A DNA stretch of 64,000 nucleotides from Callorhinchus milii (Eukaryota), in NCBI RefSeq assembly GCF_018977255.1, contig NW_024704742.1:56918001-56982000 (forward strand), read 5' to 3'. Shown one piece after another: positions 12,607-24,592 of this stretch. The notes below the pieces were generated by a model, which saw only the letters and a program-made list of their open reading frames with translations, was not told the origin of the DNA and did no database searches. Numbering within the stretch: the stretch's first letter is position 1; the number at the start of each line of letters is the position of its first letter. The position numbers were made by a program, and so were the translations under genes.

Positions 12607-12612
12607 AATAAA
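12607..12612 (+). terminator. candidate polyadenylation signal for UFSP2 (second AATAAA at 12919-12924)
   Basis: AATAAA 135 nt after the stop codon. Confidence 0.45.
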
Positions 12613-13514
12613 AACGGAGGATAAACATATATTCACTACTTGTTGCTTAAATAGCTTCATGTGCAATGTGCAGTATAATTGTGAAGCTATGCATTTTTCT
12701 ATTTAGAGGTTATGTATTCAGGCACTTACTGAGGGGACAACTGATTCATTTCCAACCTGGCCTAGGATAAATGTTCTTTTTTTAAAAAAAAGGCTAGATG
12801 CATGCAATGCCATATCTGTTATTCATGTTACCTGGATACCAACTCCTCAGTCTTGATACTTCTGTATTAAAACAGTAAAATTGCTATCAGTAGCCTTGTT
12901 TAAATCATCTGAAGTTACAATAAAAAGCAATGAATTATAATTGACTGAAGTTTACAAATATACTTATCTGAGAAACTTGGTGAAAAAATCTCTGAAGCTA
13001 AACTAATACTGTACACGTTGATGTACCTAAAGTACAGTATAGTAAATCTTTTGCCATTCAAGTATCCTGTTAAGATCTGTCATTGCCACCAAACGCAGCT
13101 ACTGGTTGCACTTAAACATTCAAACCATATTCAAATGTGATGAGTTTGTTAAAAATATTAACTTGTGAGCTGAAGACTTGTAAAATCAGTTGAAATTCAT
13201 TCACTTGGAAGGCATTAGAAAAGAAACCTGCCTGAAATACTTCCATTTGTTGCAGCTCTTCAGTTGAAGCCAAGCATCATTTGAGGCAACTTTTCAGCAC
13301 ATTGTCTAAAGAAATATTGTGTATGATTTTTTTTCGGTGTAAACAGATTTTATCTTGATCTAAAACAGTTTTATCACAGTAGGGAAGGTTTGTTTAAAAA
13401 AACTATAGTCAGATTACTTTTCTGTAGTTCTACTTATTGATTGATATACTTAGAATATTGACATATTGAAAATGAAGCATGATTTTTGCAGATGAATTTG
13501 CATAAAGGCAACAG

Positions 13515-13520
13515 TTTATT
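13515..13520 (-). terminator. candidate polyadenylation signal for ANKRD37
   Basis: tttatt on + (AATAAA on -) downstream of the predicted last ANKRD37 exon. Confidence 0.4.
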
Positions 13521-14068
13521 GTACAGGCAATATTGGAAATACTTGGAATATCAAACTGTTCCATGTCAAATACAGCACATAAATACAGCTCTATCTATTG
13601 ATCTTTGTATCCATTTCTGTAAATGAAAATGTATACTTCCCAGGTTCCAATAATCCTTAATCTAATGACAATTAATTTATGTATATAAAAGTTAATCAAT
13701 ACTTTTTTCACCAATCAGTTCTAAAGTTAAAGCTCTCACACAATACAATGTTCATTTATATTCTGTTTCTGAAGGAAAGTATCGGGCTCAGTTCTCAAAT
13801 TGGTAGATGTACCATCTAGATCAGAAACTAGAATTATTTCACAAGGCTCTTGTTTTTCCACTGATATAACTGTCTTCAATGTTTTCTGTGGAAATCCTGT
13901 CATTCGAAGGATAAGTTGCAAAAAAGACAGATTGTGCTCATTTGGAGCGATCTGTACTTGATTACACTCAAAAATTCAACTTGCAAACAATGTCCACTTC
14001 GTCACGAATCATTCTGTTGTCCTCAATTTTTCTCTCTCATGTCCATTACTGTTATTCAAACTGCAATA

Positions 14069-17000
14069 CTAGGCTAGTACATATTGCAGAAAACAAAAAA
14101 AAATGATTGCATGACAAAATGTCTTCATTGAACCTTCCATGCACAAGAAAACAGTTTGAGTGTATCCTGCTGTTCATCGTTTCTTTAACATTTTGCCATT
14201 TAAGTATTCTGTTAAAATCTGTCATTGTTTCCCAATGCAGCCACTGATTCTGCTAATTCTTCACAATGATCTCACCTCCTGCAGTGACAGTAAATGTTCC
14301 GTTCTACCACCTTTACAAAATTCTTTATTCGATTGTTGAATACCTATTAAATGGAAAAACATGAAGGTTAACAAGCCTTAATAAGTAAGTGAAGTGAGGA
14401 AGTTTTATATCATCGTAATTCTTGGCATTTGATATAGCGCCTTATCACATCATCGAAAAGTACCATTGGCAGGCGGGCCTTCAGCCACTGCCCCCACCCT
14501 CTGGAACTCCATCCTGCAGTCGCTCTGCCTCACCCCCTTCCTTGCCTCCTTCCAAGACCTGTCTGAAGACCCTCTTCGACTGTGCCTTCGGTCACCCTCC
14601 CCCCCCCCCCCGCCCTCTCCGATCCCAACCCCCAGCTCGGGTCTGAAGCACTGATTGTCCAGCGCCTTGGGATGTCCTCCCAACGTGAAAGACGATATAC
14701 AAATGTAATTTGGTCATTGTCTCAAAAAGCGCTTCATAGGATATATTGTAAAGTGTAATATCCTTGTATTTTGCGTTTGAAACGTGGCAGCCAGTTTGCA
14801 GACAACATTTCTAAAAAAAAATTAATCTGGATTATAGGTACAAACGGTTTTGTTGGATCGATGGAATCCATTTATATGAACATACCTCGCTGTTGCACAA
14901 GTTCATTTTTAACATGATCCTCCATTGGACCCACTTGCCAACTTCCCAGCAAATAATAATAAATCTTGCAATTGATATAGCACCTTGCCCTTGAGATGAG
15001 TGCGTGCATGATATACAGAATTACATCAGCAAACATGGGGTGACTTTTAACATGGATGCTGCTGACACCCAAATTCACCCTACTGCTTCTATCTTTGATT
15101 CCTTGACTCACATCAAGTCCTGGATTAAAAGCCACCTAAAAATCTACCTCTAGCTGTGCCTACGGTCACTTCCAAACCTCCCCACCCACCCTGCTTCATA
15201 ACTGGTACCATCTGTAAAGTCAATGGAGATGTTACTGTATATAAACACAAGCTGCTGTTGCTATTATGCGTTTTAGGATTTTATGTACAATCAAATATCA
15301 GAATAAACTAGTCCAAGAAAAGTTTTGTCACTGGTAGATACTATTTACAGTTTGCTTTTTCTAATTCTACACTGTACTCAAAAATTGAAAATAATGTCAT
15401 TGTTATAATTAGTGGAATCAAAAGCAATTTTATCCACCTATTGACTTAAAATTCTTACCAGAGAAATGAACAGAAGTAAGTTAGCTTTCTTACCATCGAT
15501 TTTGGCCTTCTTCTTGTCAGCTTCGAATACGCCACACATGCGTTTATAGCCAGCTGGCCTGTGTACAAGCCCTCCCCTGTCCCTGCTGTTTGCTGGCAAC
15601 TGTCCATCGTGAAGTTGGGGCTGTGTGCTTCGTGTCGTTCGTATTGTTGCCAAGAAATTTACACAATCAGCATGTCCGTGGGATAATGCAAGATCTTCTG
15701 CAGTCTGTCCAGCACAATTGCAGAGTCTAAGCAGAAATTAGATCTCATTTAATTACTACAAAAGAGAAACATTACTTTTAAGGAAAACTAATAAAAACTC
15801 TCTTCATTGTGGCAGTGAACTATCATGTTCAGAAATGAGCTCTGCAAAATTAAGATTTCTTCCTCAACATGTGAAGCTCCTAAAATCAACTTTTAAATAG
15901 TCGTTATTATCATCAATATTTAACTAGGATATGCTCAAAATCTCCATAGAGAAAGTTGTAGGAATACTTCACTCGAGAGTTATCAAGTTAGTAATCAGAA
16001 ATATAACTATTTGTTTAGTTTCTCACACCATACCCTCCTATTAACAACTTACATGGTGAGGAGTAAAAATTAGTTTTTAGGCTTAAAAGTGGCAAGGTAA
16101 GTACTGAATAGTGAAGCAAACAAGCCCTGAAAGTTACTTATCAGTCATGTAATAAGCCTATAGTAATACATAATTTTAATAAAAAGATATAGCAATGGCT
16201 TGAATAGCCTCCTGCTCTGAAAATTTCTGTGTAACCCACAATTCTTACCACTAAAAGTAAAATGTTAACTTTTTAAAAACTCCCTTTTAAAATCTATTCT
16301 TTGACAAATGAGGAAATCCCCTTGATCATCCGATTGTGTTGGTTTCTACTGTTGGATCAATTGTTTCTCTCCACCCACCCACTCATTTAAAGTTGAGAAA
16401 TTACAAGAGACACAACAACATTTTGTTAAATTCAGCCCAAACATACAAAGATTATGTGCCAAACTATTATTTTAAATGTAAATATAATCAGTAATATACT
16501 TTTTTAGCATTTAACCATATGCAACCAATTTAGCAGATATAGTAACTATATAGTAAGTATAGCAAGTAGTCAGCTGCTGAAACTAATGTTGAAGTTGCAA
16601 ACATCTGAAAATGAATGCAAATCACTTATGGTGCCACAGATGGATCGTGTTACTCAGTGAGTTATTTCTTAGAAATATATAGCATTGCAATCCACTGGAT
16701 CTATATCTAGTCACTGCCTATGTGGGTATTTGACCAGAGGTATTGCGATGTGATTTTGAAAATTACTGCGAAGACATGCAATCATGCTGCAATACAATGT
16801 TTTGAAGTACAGGGCAACATCATTAATAACAATGTATTCTGGGTCAGAATATCTCCAACACTGTTTTATGAACAAAGAACAAAAATGGCTGGCTTCAAGT
16901 TTGTCGGGTTGCCACTGATAGCACTTCCTGGATATTCGCAAGCGATATCACTTGCTGCACAGTGTCATTACAGCAAGTGAAATGACCTCCCTTTCCCGCA

Positions 17001-20000
17001 CCATGTGTGATACTACAACAACAACATTACATTTGTAAAGCGCCTTTCATGTCAGGAGCACGTCCCAAGGCGCTCAACAGTCAGGGACCAGGACCTGAGC
17101 GTGGGGGGGTGCAGGGTTGGGATGAGGGAGGGCAGAGGGGGTGTGAGGGCGGCTGATTGCACGGTCAAAAAGGAGGGTTTGGAGTCGTGCCTTGAAGGAG
17201 GCAAGAGAGGGAGCAAAGCAAAGGGATTGTGGAATGGAGTTCCAGAGGGTGGGGGCAGCGAGGCTGAAAGCTCGGCTGCTGATGGTAGTAGTGCAGGTCG
17301 GGCGGGAGACATGGAGCAGCCTGGAGCCTGCTGAACAGAGGGAGCGGACAAGTTGATAGGGGGTCAGCAGGTCAGAGATGTAGGAGGGGGCAAGGTCGTG
17401 GAGGGCCTTGAAAGTGAGGACGATGATTTTGAATTCCATCGTCTGGGGGATGGGGAGTCAGGGAGCTGGGCGAAGGGTGGGGATGATGGGGTCATGGAAC
17501 CTGGTGCAGGAGTGGACATGAGCTGCAGAGTTCTGGATGATTTGCAGCTTGTGGAGGAAAGAGTTGGGGAGGCCGACAAGGAGGGAGTTTCCGTAGTCGA
17601 GCCTTGAGGTGACGAATGCATGTATGAGGGTTATGGCGGCCTGAGGGATGAGGCAGTGGCGGAGTCGGGCAATGTTGCAGAGGTGGGGGAAGGCAGAGCG
17701 GATCATGGCACAGATATGAGGGAGAAAGCAAACACAGGAAGTTTTGTTAACAGTGACCTGACAACCCAGAAGTTGGCCCTTTATATACGTGGGGAGCTGG
17801 CTAGTTAGCACGGGAATTTGGGTGTAACACATTTATCAGCCGGTTAGGGCAGGACCATCAGATACCAGAATGTGAGAGTGCTTTATACTACGGGATGGGA
17901 GTTGGGTGGGGTGGGGGGGAGAAGAAAGTATACAACAGAATTTTATTGTCGTCATTGACACACCTAATTACTTACTCAATTCTTGCAGCTGAAGCAACAA
18001 GTAAGCTGATACACTGCAAGCTTCCGGTTTTGGCAGCTTTGTGAATGGCAGCCTCTCCCAAATCATCCTGGAAAAGAGTGACAATTCTAACGTAAAATGT
18101 TGCTCTTGTTAAACTGTGCAAAGTTGTTTGACATTGGAGTATATGGGTAGATGGGCAATACTATGGGTAGAGAGATGCTGCATTAAATTTATTTCATATT
18201 CACAAAAATACCAATGTAAGTAGTGTAATATTGACAAACATTATCTCTACTTCATAGGAAAATATAACGTGATTTAATTCTTGTGGATAAATGTTAATAA
18301 TTCAGGTTGAGGTTATTAAACATTCTATCCTTAAGGTGAATTAGCTGAATCACAAATTAAACAAGCTAATTTGCATTTCAGATACACTTGTTTTTAAAAT
18401 GTTGCCATTTTTTCAATTCAAATTCTGATTCTTTAAGCACGGAATGACTGAAATACAACTTAACAGCATTTCATATAGCAATCAAGGCAACTACAGTATA
18501 TCCAACACATTTCCATTTTAACCAACATTTGGGTGGCTTAGTTGTTTGAAGCCTGATTTGAGATCAGAAACCCACTCACCCTTCAACAACTTGGGATTTA
18601 TACCGTGCCTCTCACATAATATATTAATTTGCTTGACAAATGTTATGGTGGACATAAAGTATGCAAATATGATATTTAAAGATGATGGTAAAAGTCATGG
18701 TTACCAAGATATGTTTCTATGTTCTTGAAGGCAGCGAGTGAGACAAGCAAGCATAGTAGTTTTGGAAGAATATTGCTGAGAACAGAAACACAGTATTTGA
18801 AGGCATGGCTTTCAAGAGTAGAGTGAAGGGAATGGGGAGAGAACAACAGACCAGCCGAATGAGCTGGCTGGAATATACGGCTGCACAAAATTAAATTGGT
18901 TGGTGGTGTGAGACAATGGACAAATATTAGGATCGAAAGGAGGTTAGTGAAATGGATACCGTCTCCAAAAAAAAAATCTTCTTGAAAGAATGGAAAGCAG
19001 TATATGCCCGGAAATCAACTGATTCTGACTCACATCTGGAAAAACAATCAGGGCATTACTGATCCTGCGCAGTCGAAACATGACCTCCACTCCAAAGAAT
19101 CAAATCAACATTGGCTAAATTAGCTGTACGGTTAGCATTTTAACTGATTGTTGGTGATTTATGTCAGCCAGCTAATATAATTCTTGCACTTGCTACAGGT
19201 CGTTATCCCACCTACAAAATATTTCAAAAGTTTCACAGAATTTACTGTAAAGTTTAGTAACTCTATAGTTTGTAGGTGATAAAAGCAGCAATTTGACCAC
19301 CGTAATTAACAGCCTATACATAAATGATTGATATTTATTGGGGGGTTTTGGCCAGGACAACTAGCAGAAACTCCTTTCTCTTTTTGTAAAACGTTATGGG
19401 ATCTTTAACCTCCATGTAAACATCCCCCATCAGTTCTGCTGACCCAATGTGTTTTTTATACAGTACTTAATGAGAACAACAACTTGGATTTATATAGCGC
19501 CCCACACGCCGGACGGCGTCTCAGAGCGCTTCACAGTAACGGATCCCGGGGCCGAGCCATGGGGAGGGGGAGGAAGGTGACCAAAGGCGCGGTCGAAAAG
19601 GTCTTCAGCAGAGACCTGAAAATGGGAAGGGAGGGAGCGAGGCGAAGGGAGTGAGGAAGGGAGTACCAGAGCCTCGGGACATAGTGGCTGAAAGCACAGC
19701 CGCCAAGGGTGGAGCGGAGGACTCGGGGGACGAGGAGGAAGCCAGACCCAGAGGAACGAAGGCAATGGGTACTGTTTTGAGGAGAGAGATCAGAGAGGTA
19801 GGGGGGTGCAGAGGAGTGGAGGGATTTGAAGACAAGGGTGAGGATCTTGAAGTCGATCCTCTCTGGGACAGGCAGCCAGTGCAGTCTGGCAAGGACTGGG
19901 GTGATCGGGGAACAGAGTTTGGTGCGGGTGAGAATGCGGGCGGCAGAGTTTTGAATAATTGGATTTTGTGGATGGTAGTGGAGGGGAGGCTATTAGTATT

Positions 20001-21435
20001 GATAGGAGGAGAAGCCTATCGGTATTGATTATTTACAGGATTTCTTTCTTTCTTTTACTTTCCTGCTAAATAATAATTCTTGCATAGTGAAAGGATTTCT
20101 TAACTCTTCAGGGGATTTACTGTAAAGTTGTAGTAACTGTATTTTGTAGACAAATGCGATACCCCAATTTTGTGCACAGCAATGTCACAGCCAGGAAGTG
20201 AATGAACAATTTTATCTGAAGGATTGTTGACCAGGACAGCAGGAAGAACTTCCTTTATTTCTGAATTAGTGCCAATAGGATCTTTAACATTCACCTGCAC
20301 GGGCAGACAGGAACCCAGTTTAAAGACTCATCCGTAGGGCAGCACCTCTGACAATGCAGCATCCCCAGCACTGCTTCGGAGTGCCAGCCAACACTATGAA
20401 TTCAAAAGTCTGGATGTGAGGCATGGGGCTCAAACCCACAACTTTCTGACTCAAAGTTGAGAGTATATATAAACCAAATCACACTAAAGAAAAATCATTT
20501 ATAAAGTAATTTGATGTGATTTATTTATTTTGGGGGGAACGATCCTACCTGTTGGTTGACGTCCGTTCCAGCGTGTAGAAACCAAAGCAAGCAATAGGCT
20601 TGACCGCCAAATGCTGCTAGATGTGCTGGAGTCTGGCCTAAACAGCCCGGAGAGTTCACTGCAGTACCTGCCTGCATTAGTTCATTCAAGCACTCGACCT
20701 ACAAGACAAAAATAATAATCCTTGCAGTTGCAATCAATATAGCGCTTTATCATGTAAAAGCACATTGCAGAATATATTGTGAAGTGCATTGATTGTGTTT
20801 TTTCTGAGCATAACGAGAGTGCCAATTCCGCATTCGTAAAATCACGCTGAGGCTACAACTGTACATCAATCCTACCAACAACAACAACAACAACTTGCAT
20901 TTGTATGGCATCTTTCACGCCGGACAGCGCCTCGGGGGCACTTACCAACACCGTCGAATCAAAGCAACTATTTGCTGATCTGAAATGGGGATTTGTACGA
21001 TGCTCTTGATGTAAATTGGGCAAGAAAGCCCGCAATCTTAGCAAAGCTACATTTCCCATCCAAAACAGATACTGTAATTAAAAACGCAAAGACAAATTCA
21101 GAACCCGCTCTGGATAAATTCTACGAGTTGCAGATTTTGCCAGGCGTTCAAAAAAAAAAAAGAAATTAGCCTTATTTCGAAAATCTCTGGTTTGCTTAAA
21201 AATAGATCTGCTGAGAGTCTTTTCAGCACATTGTGGCTGTTGTGGACCATTGTGCCTTCAGGTCATTGTCACATTCCCGACAATAACAACTGTGATTTAT
21301 TGTGTCATTGCGTTTGTAAATCCCACCCGTGTTTTGCTCGCCGCACACAAGCAGAAAGCCAGTCAGTCAGTCAGTCAGGAATGTTGTGCTACGCGAATGC
21401 TTATTTACCTCGGGGTTATAATCCAACAGAATCAT
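14069..21435 (-). CDS. ANKRD37: ankyrin repeat domain protein 37, ~168 aa; terminal exon uncertain
   Basis: Exons 21435-21409 (MILLDYNPE), 20698-20549, 18067-17976, 15726-15494 and a probable terminal exon starting at 14073 (tag/CC TAG). Ankyrin motifs GQTPAHLAAFGG, GEAAIHKAAKTGSLQC, GQTAEDLA; N-terminus resembles mammalian MLLLDCNPE; syntenic position. Confidence 0.9.
14462..14712 (+). mobile_element. L2 3' end fragment nested in a SINE remnant
   Basis: APTLWNS motif and 3' tail cagcgccttgggatgtcc. Confidence 0.75.
15494..15726 (-). CDS. ANKRD37: ANKRD37 exon 4
   Basis: cttag / gtaaga; LCNCAGQTAEDLALSHGHADCVNFLATI..KRMCGVFEADKKKAKID (basic, bipartite NLS-like end). Confidence 0.9.
17012..17725 (-). 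mobile_element. L2 3' fragment
   Basis: IHAFVTSRLDYGNSLL, FKIIVLTFKALH, APTLWNSIP; (CAA)n tail at 17014. Confidence 0.88.
17976..18067 (-). CDS. ANKRD37: ANKRD37 exon 3
   Basis: ttccag / gtaagt; DDLGEAAIHKAAKTGSLQCISLLVASAARI. Confidence 0.92.
19475..19990 (-). mobile_element. L2 3' fragment
   Basis: C-terminal ORF2 similarity to the 7650-8000 segment, plus shared tail. Confidence 0.82.
20105..20470 (-). mobile_element. Deu-domain SINE (SacSINE1/AmnSINE1-like), degenerate
   Basis: reverse-complement similarity to 40005-40392 (ggatgagtctttaaactgggttcctgtctgcc..aaagatcc). Confidence 0.65.
20549..20698 (-). CDS. ANKRD37: ANKRD37 exon 2
   Basis: ttgtag / gtagga; VECLNELMQAGTAVN..GQTPAHLAAFGGQAYCLLWFLHAGTDVNQQ. 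Confidence 0.92.
21409..21435 (-). CDS. ANKRD37: ANKRD37 exon 1 coding part (MILLDYNPE)
   Basis: ATG at 21435, 27 nt, gtaaat donor. Confidence 0.88.
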
Positions 21436-21534
21436 AGCGTGAGAGATCCGAACGACTGGTTCAGAGACCCCACTCCCTTCTTGTAACTGCAGCCCAGTAT
21501 GCGAGGAGCAGCCTCCGACTCTGTTGAGTTATCC

Positions 21535-21802
21535 GGGCTGTGCTGTGCTGGGCTGAGCTGTGCTGTGCTGGGCTGGGTTGTGCTGTGCTGGGTTGTGCTG
21601 GGCTGAGCTGGGTTGTGCTGAGCTGTGCTGAGCTGGGCTGTGCTGGGTTGTGCTGAGCTGGGTTGTGCTGGGCTGGGCTGGGCTGTGCTGAGCTGGGCTG
21701 TGCTGGGCTGGGCTGGGCTGTGCTGAGTTGTGCTGAGCTGGGCTGTGCTGTGCTGAGCTGTGCTGTGCTGAGCTGGGCTGTGCTGTGCTGAGCTGTGCTG
21801 TG
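21535..21802. repeat. pentanucleotide tandem array (TGCTG/GGCTG/AGCTG/GGTTG)n, ~270 bp
   Basis: directly visible 5-nt periodicity, about 100 nt upstream of the ANKRD37 ATG. Confidence 0.95.
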
Positions 21803-21864
21803 TGGGCTCTGCCCTGTGCAGCTACAAATCGAAGGGGTGGGGGTGGATCAAGGAAACTGCGCTT

Positions 21865-22315
21865 CGCCTATAAATCATGCAGCAGAACCAATGGTATGTG
21901 TGGACTGCAGAGGGACGTGACTATGCACATGGGCTTTGACGGTCCACAGCAGAATTGGCGAGTGGCTATCACATCACCAGCAGCGATTGTGCTGCAATGT
22001 GCAGTCAGACACGTACACACGTCCTCCCCCTCTCCCCCTCTGCTCCCAGCAGCAGACATTCACCCTGAAACCTGCACCGCCTATTTCCAAAGCCACACGT
22101 AATGCACAGCAATCGCAGACTTGCATTCTTTCTCGGGTGCACACGCATTTTCGGATCCGCTTGGGATCGTTTTTTCTCTCGAGTTTGCAGACCGACCAGG
22201 CGTTGAAAAGAGAAAGAAATGAAACCCGCTTTTTTTTTTTGCAAAATGAAAAGAATTGAAATTCGATTTGCTGACCATCTTTCAGCACCTGGACCACGTC
22301 TTCAGATCACGTTTA
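21865..22315. promoter_or_regulatory. ANKRD37 promoter / CpG-rich region with hypoxia-response element (RCGTG) cluster and CCAAT boxes
   Basis: RCGTG on either strand at 21915, 22010, 22018, 22096, 22142, 22295, 22308; CCAAT 21888, ATTGG 21954; TATAAA 21869; locally high CpG. Confidence 0.7.
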
Positions 22316-22667
22316 GCCTTTTAATCCGACAATAGCAACTGCAGTTGTATTTGTGTGTTTGTGAAGCACAATCTATTTTGCAAATAGAAAGGCAGTAGCA
22401 TACTCATTTGGATAGCCTGTTTCAAAAGACCTCCAAAATGATGGATTATCTTCTTTCTTGGGTGTAAAAATACCAGCCCACAACTGTAGGTCCCTAAAAT
22501 GGTATCATTTTGTCCCTGTAGCACGGTTTGTTACTGCGGATGCTTAATATATTTAAGAAAGCGAACATGAGAAACATCTTTTTGTAACGACACCTCCTAC
22601 AATATCATGCAATGGTTTCCAAATAAAATTCTCCAGCTGGAATGGCAGTAAAACAGGCATTTTTTAT

Positions 22668-23200
22668 CCAACAACAACAACAACAAATTACATTTGTGTA
22701 GCATCTGTCACGTCGAGAGGACGTCCCAAGGCGCTGGACAATTAGTGTTTCGGACCTGAGCTGGGGTCAGGATGGGGAGGGTGGAGGGAGTAGGGTGGGG
22801 AAGGAGAGTGATCGAAGGCACGGTTGAACAGGAGGGTCTTGAGATGGGTCTTGAAGGAGGCAACAATACCAACAACTTGGATTTATATAGCAAAGCAGGA
22901 GAGCCTCGGTCGTGGGACGTCCTCCCGATGTGAAAGGCACTTTACAAATGTAATTTTGTTGTTGTTGTTGACATTCAACTGCAGGAAGTTAGCTCTCGTC
23001 TCGGACTTGATGTCCAACAGGCAGTCTGTGAGGACAACAGTGGTCCTGGAAATCGAGGGTGGAAGCAGAGAGGTAGAGGTGAGTGTCATCCGCGTCCATG
23101 TGGAGGTTGACCCCATGTCTGCCGATGATGTCACCAATGGGGAGCAGATAGATATTGAAAAGGAGAGGGCCAAGGACAGAGCCCTGAGGGACGCCATGCG
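22668..23200. mobile_element. nested cluster of L2 tails (both orientations) and an RT fragment
   Basis: (CAA)n tail on -, (TTG)n tail on + at 22905-22970, FHMDADDT-like RT piece on - at 22970-23200. Confidence 0.75.
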
Positions 23201-23647
23201 TGGCAGTGTTTAAAGAGCATTTCAGGAGCTTGGTTGCTAAAGGTGTGAATTTGCCAGCAATGATCTACTATTTAAAACATTTCTTTTTTTTACACTGTTC
23301 AAAATGAAGACCCAAAACAGCATGAGTGTAGATTAAAATCTGAGCAAACTAGACTGACTGCTGCAGTACAGTTTCCTGAGCACCTCCAGTCCCAGTTTCC
23401 TGCCAAGGAAGCAGCTTGCAGAGTCATGGTTTTGAGTGAGATCTATCAAAAATAGCATTTTACTAATAGTTGGATGAATTAAGCCAAAATAGTGTATAAC
23501 CAGTTTTTTAATGTTTGTTTAATTATTCTATTGAAATATTTAGGAGGGAAGTAGGTGAATATTTGGTAGGCAGGGGTATCAACTGATACATTGAAAGGCA
23601 GGGAGATGATATGGTAGACCGCTAAAACTGTTCATTTGAACATTCGT

Positions 23648-24017
23648 GGATTCCTGTAGCTCAGTGGGTAGAGCACTTGCCTCGCAAGCAAAAGGCTTGA
23701 GTTTGATTCCCGGCAGGGCGAAATTTGGGCAAGTTTCCTTACTCCACACGCCCCTGTTTTCCTAGCAGTAAGTAGGAACCCGGTTGTTAGTCAATTGTCG
23801 GATTGCTATTCCGGGGATAATAATCCCTAAAAAAAAGTAATAATTTGGTGACTCAATCCATGACTGTTTGTGTGACACTGCTGTACGCAATTGACTGCTG
23901 CATTTCGCCCACAAATATACAGTCAATTCACTTTACAGTATATTCTGTGAAACGCTTTGAGATGTCTAGAAGATGTGAAAAGCACTATATCAAATACAAG
24001 GATTATTATTATTATTA
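23648..24017 (+). mobile_element. tRNA-derived SINE, near full length
   Basis: A box TAGCTCAGTGG 23657, B box GTTTGATTCC 23701, body, (TAT)n tail; related copies at 24430, 46610, 54950. Confidence 0.85.
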
Positions 24018-24224
24018 TGCTGAAGCACTGCTATGCATTTTGCCGATAACAGAAAATTGCTGAACATTTGTATAACTGTACCTTTAAGTGAAATTTTGCT
24101 GAAAATAATATAATAATCCTTGTATTTCATAAAGTGCCTTATCATCATTGATATGTCTCAAAGCACTTCAAAGATTATGCTGTAAAGTGAAACATGTTAC
24201 CACAAGGAGTTTTTGAGACAATTG

Positions 24225-24408
24225 GCATAGATGTATTTATGGGAAAGCTAGATAGGTACATGAGGCAGAGAGGAATAGAAGGTTAGGCTTGAAGGCTTAG
24301 TTGAGGAAGGGCAGGAGGAGGCTCATGTGGAGCATAAACACCGGCATAGACCTGTTGGGCCGAATGGCCTGTTTCTGTTCTGTATATTCTAATGTATTCT
24401 AATGTATT
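24225..24408 (+). mobile_element. CR1-type LINE 3' end
   Basis: ggcatagacctgttgggccgaatggcct.. with (ATTCTAATGT)2 tail. Confidence 0.65.
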
Positions 24409-24429
24409 GAGTGACCACATTTTTTTTTA

Positions 24430-24592
24430 AGGGATTATTACCCCCCGGTTAGTGATCCGCTAATCGAATAGCAACCAGGTTCCTACTTATTGCTAGATAA
24501 ACAGAGACATGTGGAGTAAGAAAACTTACCCAAGGTTTCAACCTGCCCAGGAATTGAACCCCGACGGTCCTCTCACTTGCAAGGCGAGTGCT
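24430..24592 (-). mobile_element. tRNA-derived SINE 5' half
   Basis: reverse-complement similarity to 23670-23830. Confidence 0.7.

Noticed and set aside
21535..21802. CRISPR-like array or true Ig switch region
   Set aside because: No unique spacers, eukaryotic context, and no immunoglobulin exons nearby.
21785..22297. Several overlapping 60-107 aa ORFs
   Set aside because: By-product of GC-rich promoter sequence; no recognisable domains or splice support.
23652..23722. tRNA-like sequence with A and B boxes (also 54953-55020)
   Set aside because: Continues into a repeated SINE body and (TAT)n tail; no clean acceptor stem; a SINE head, not a tRNA gene.
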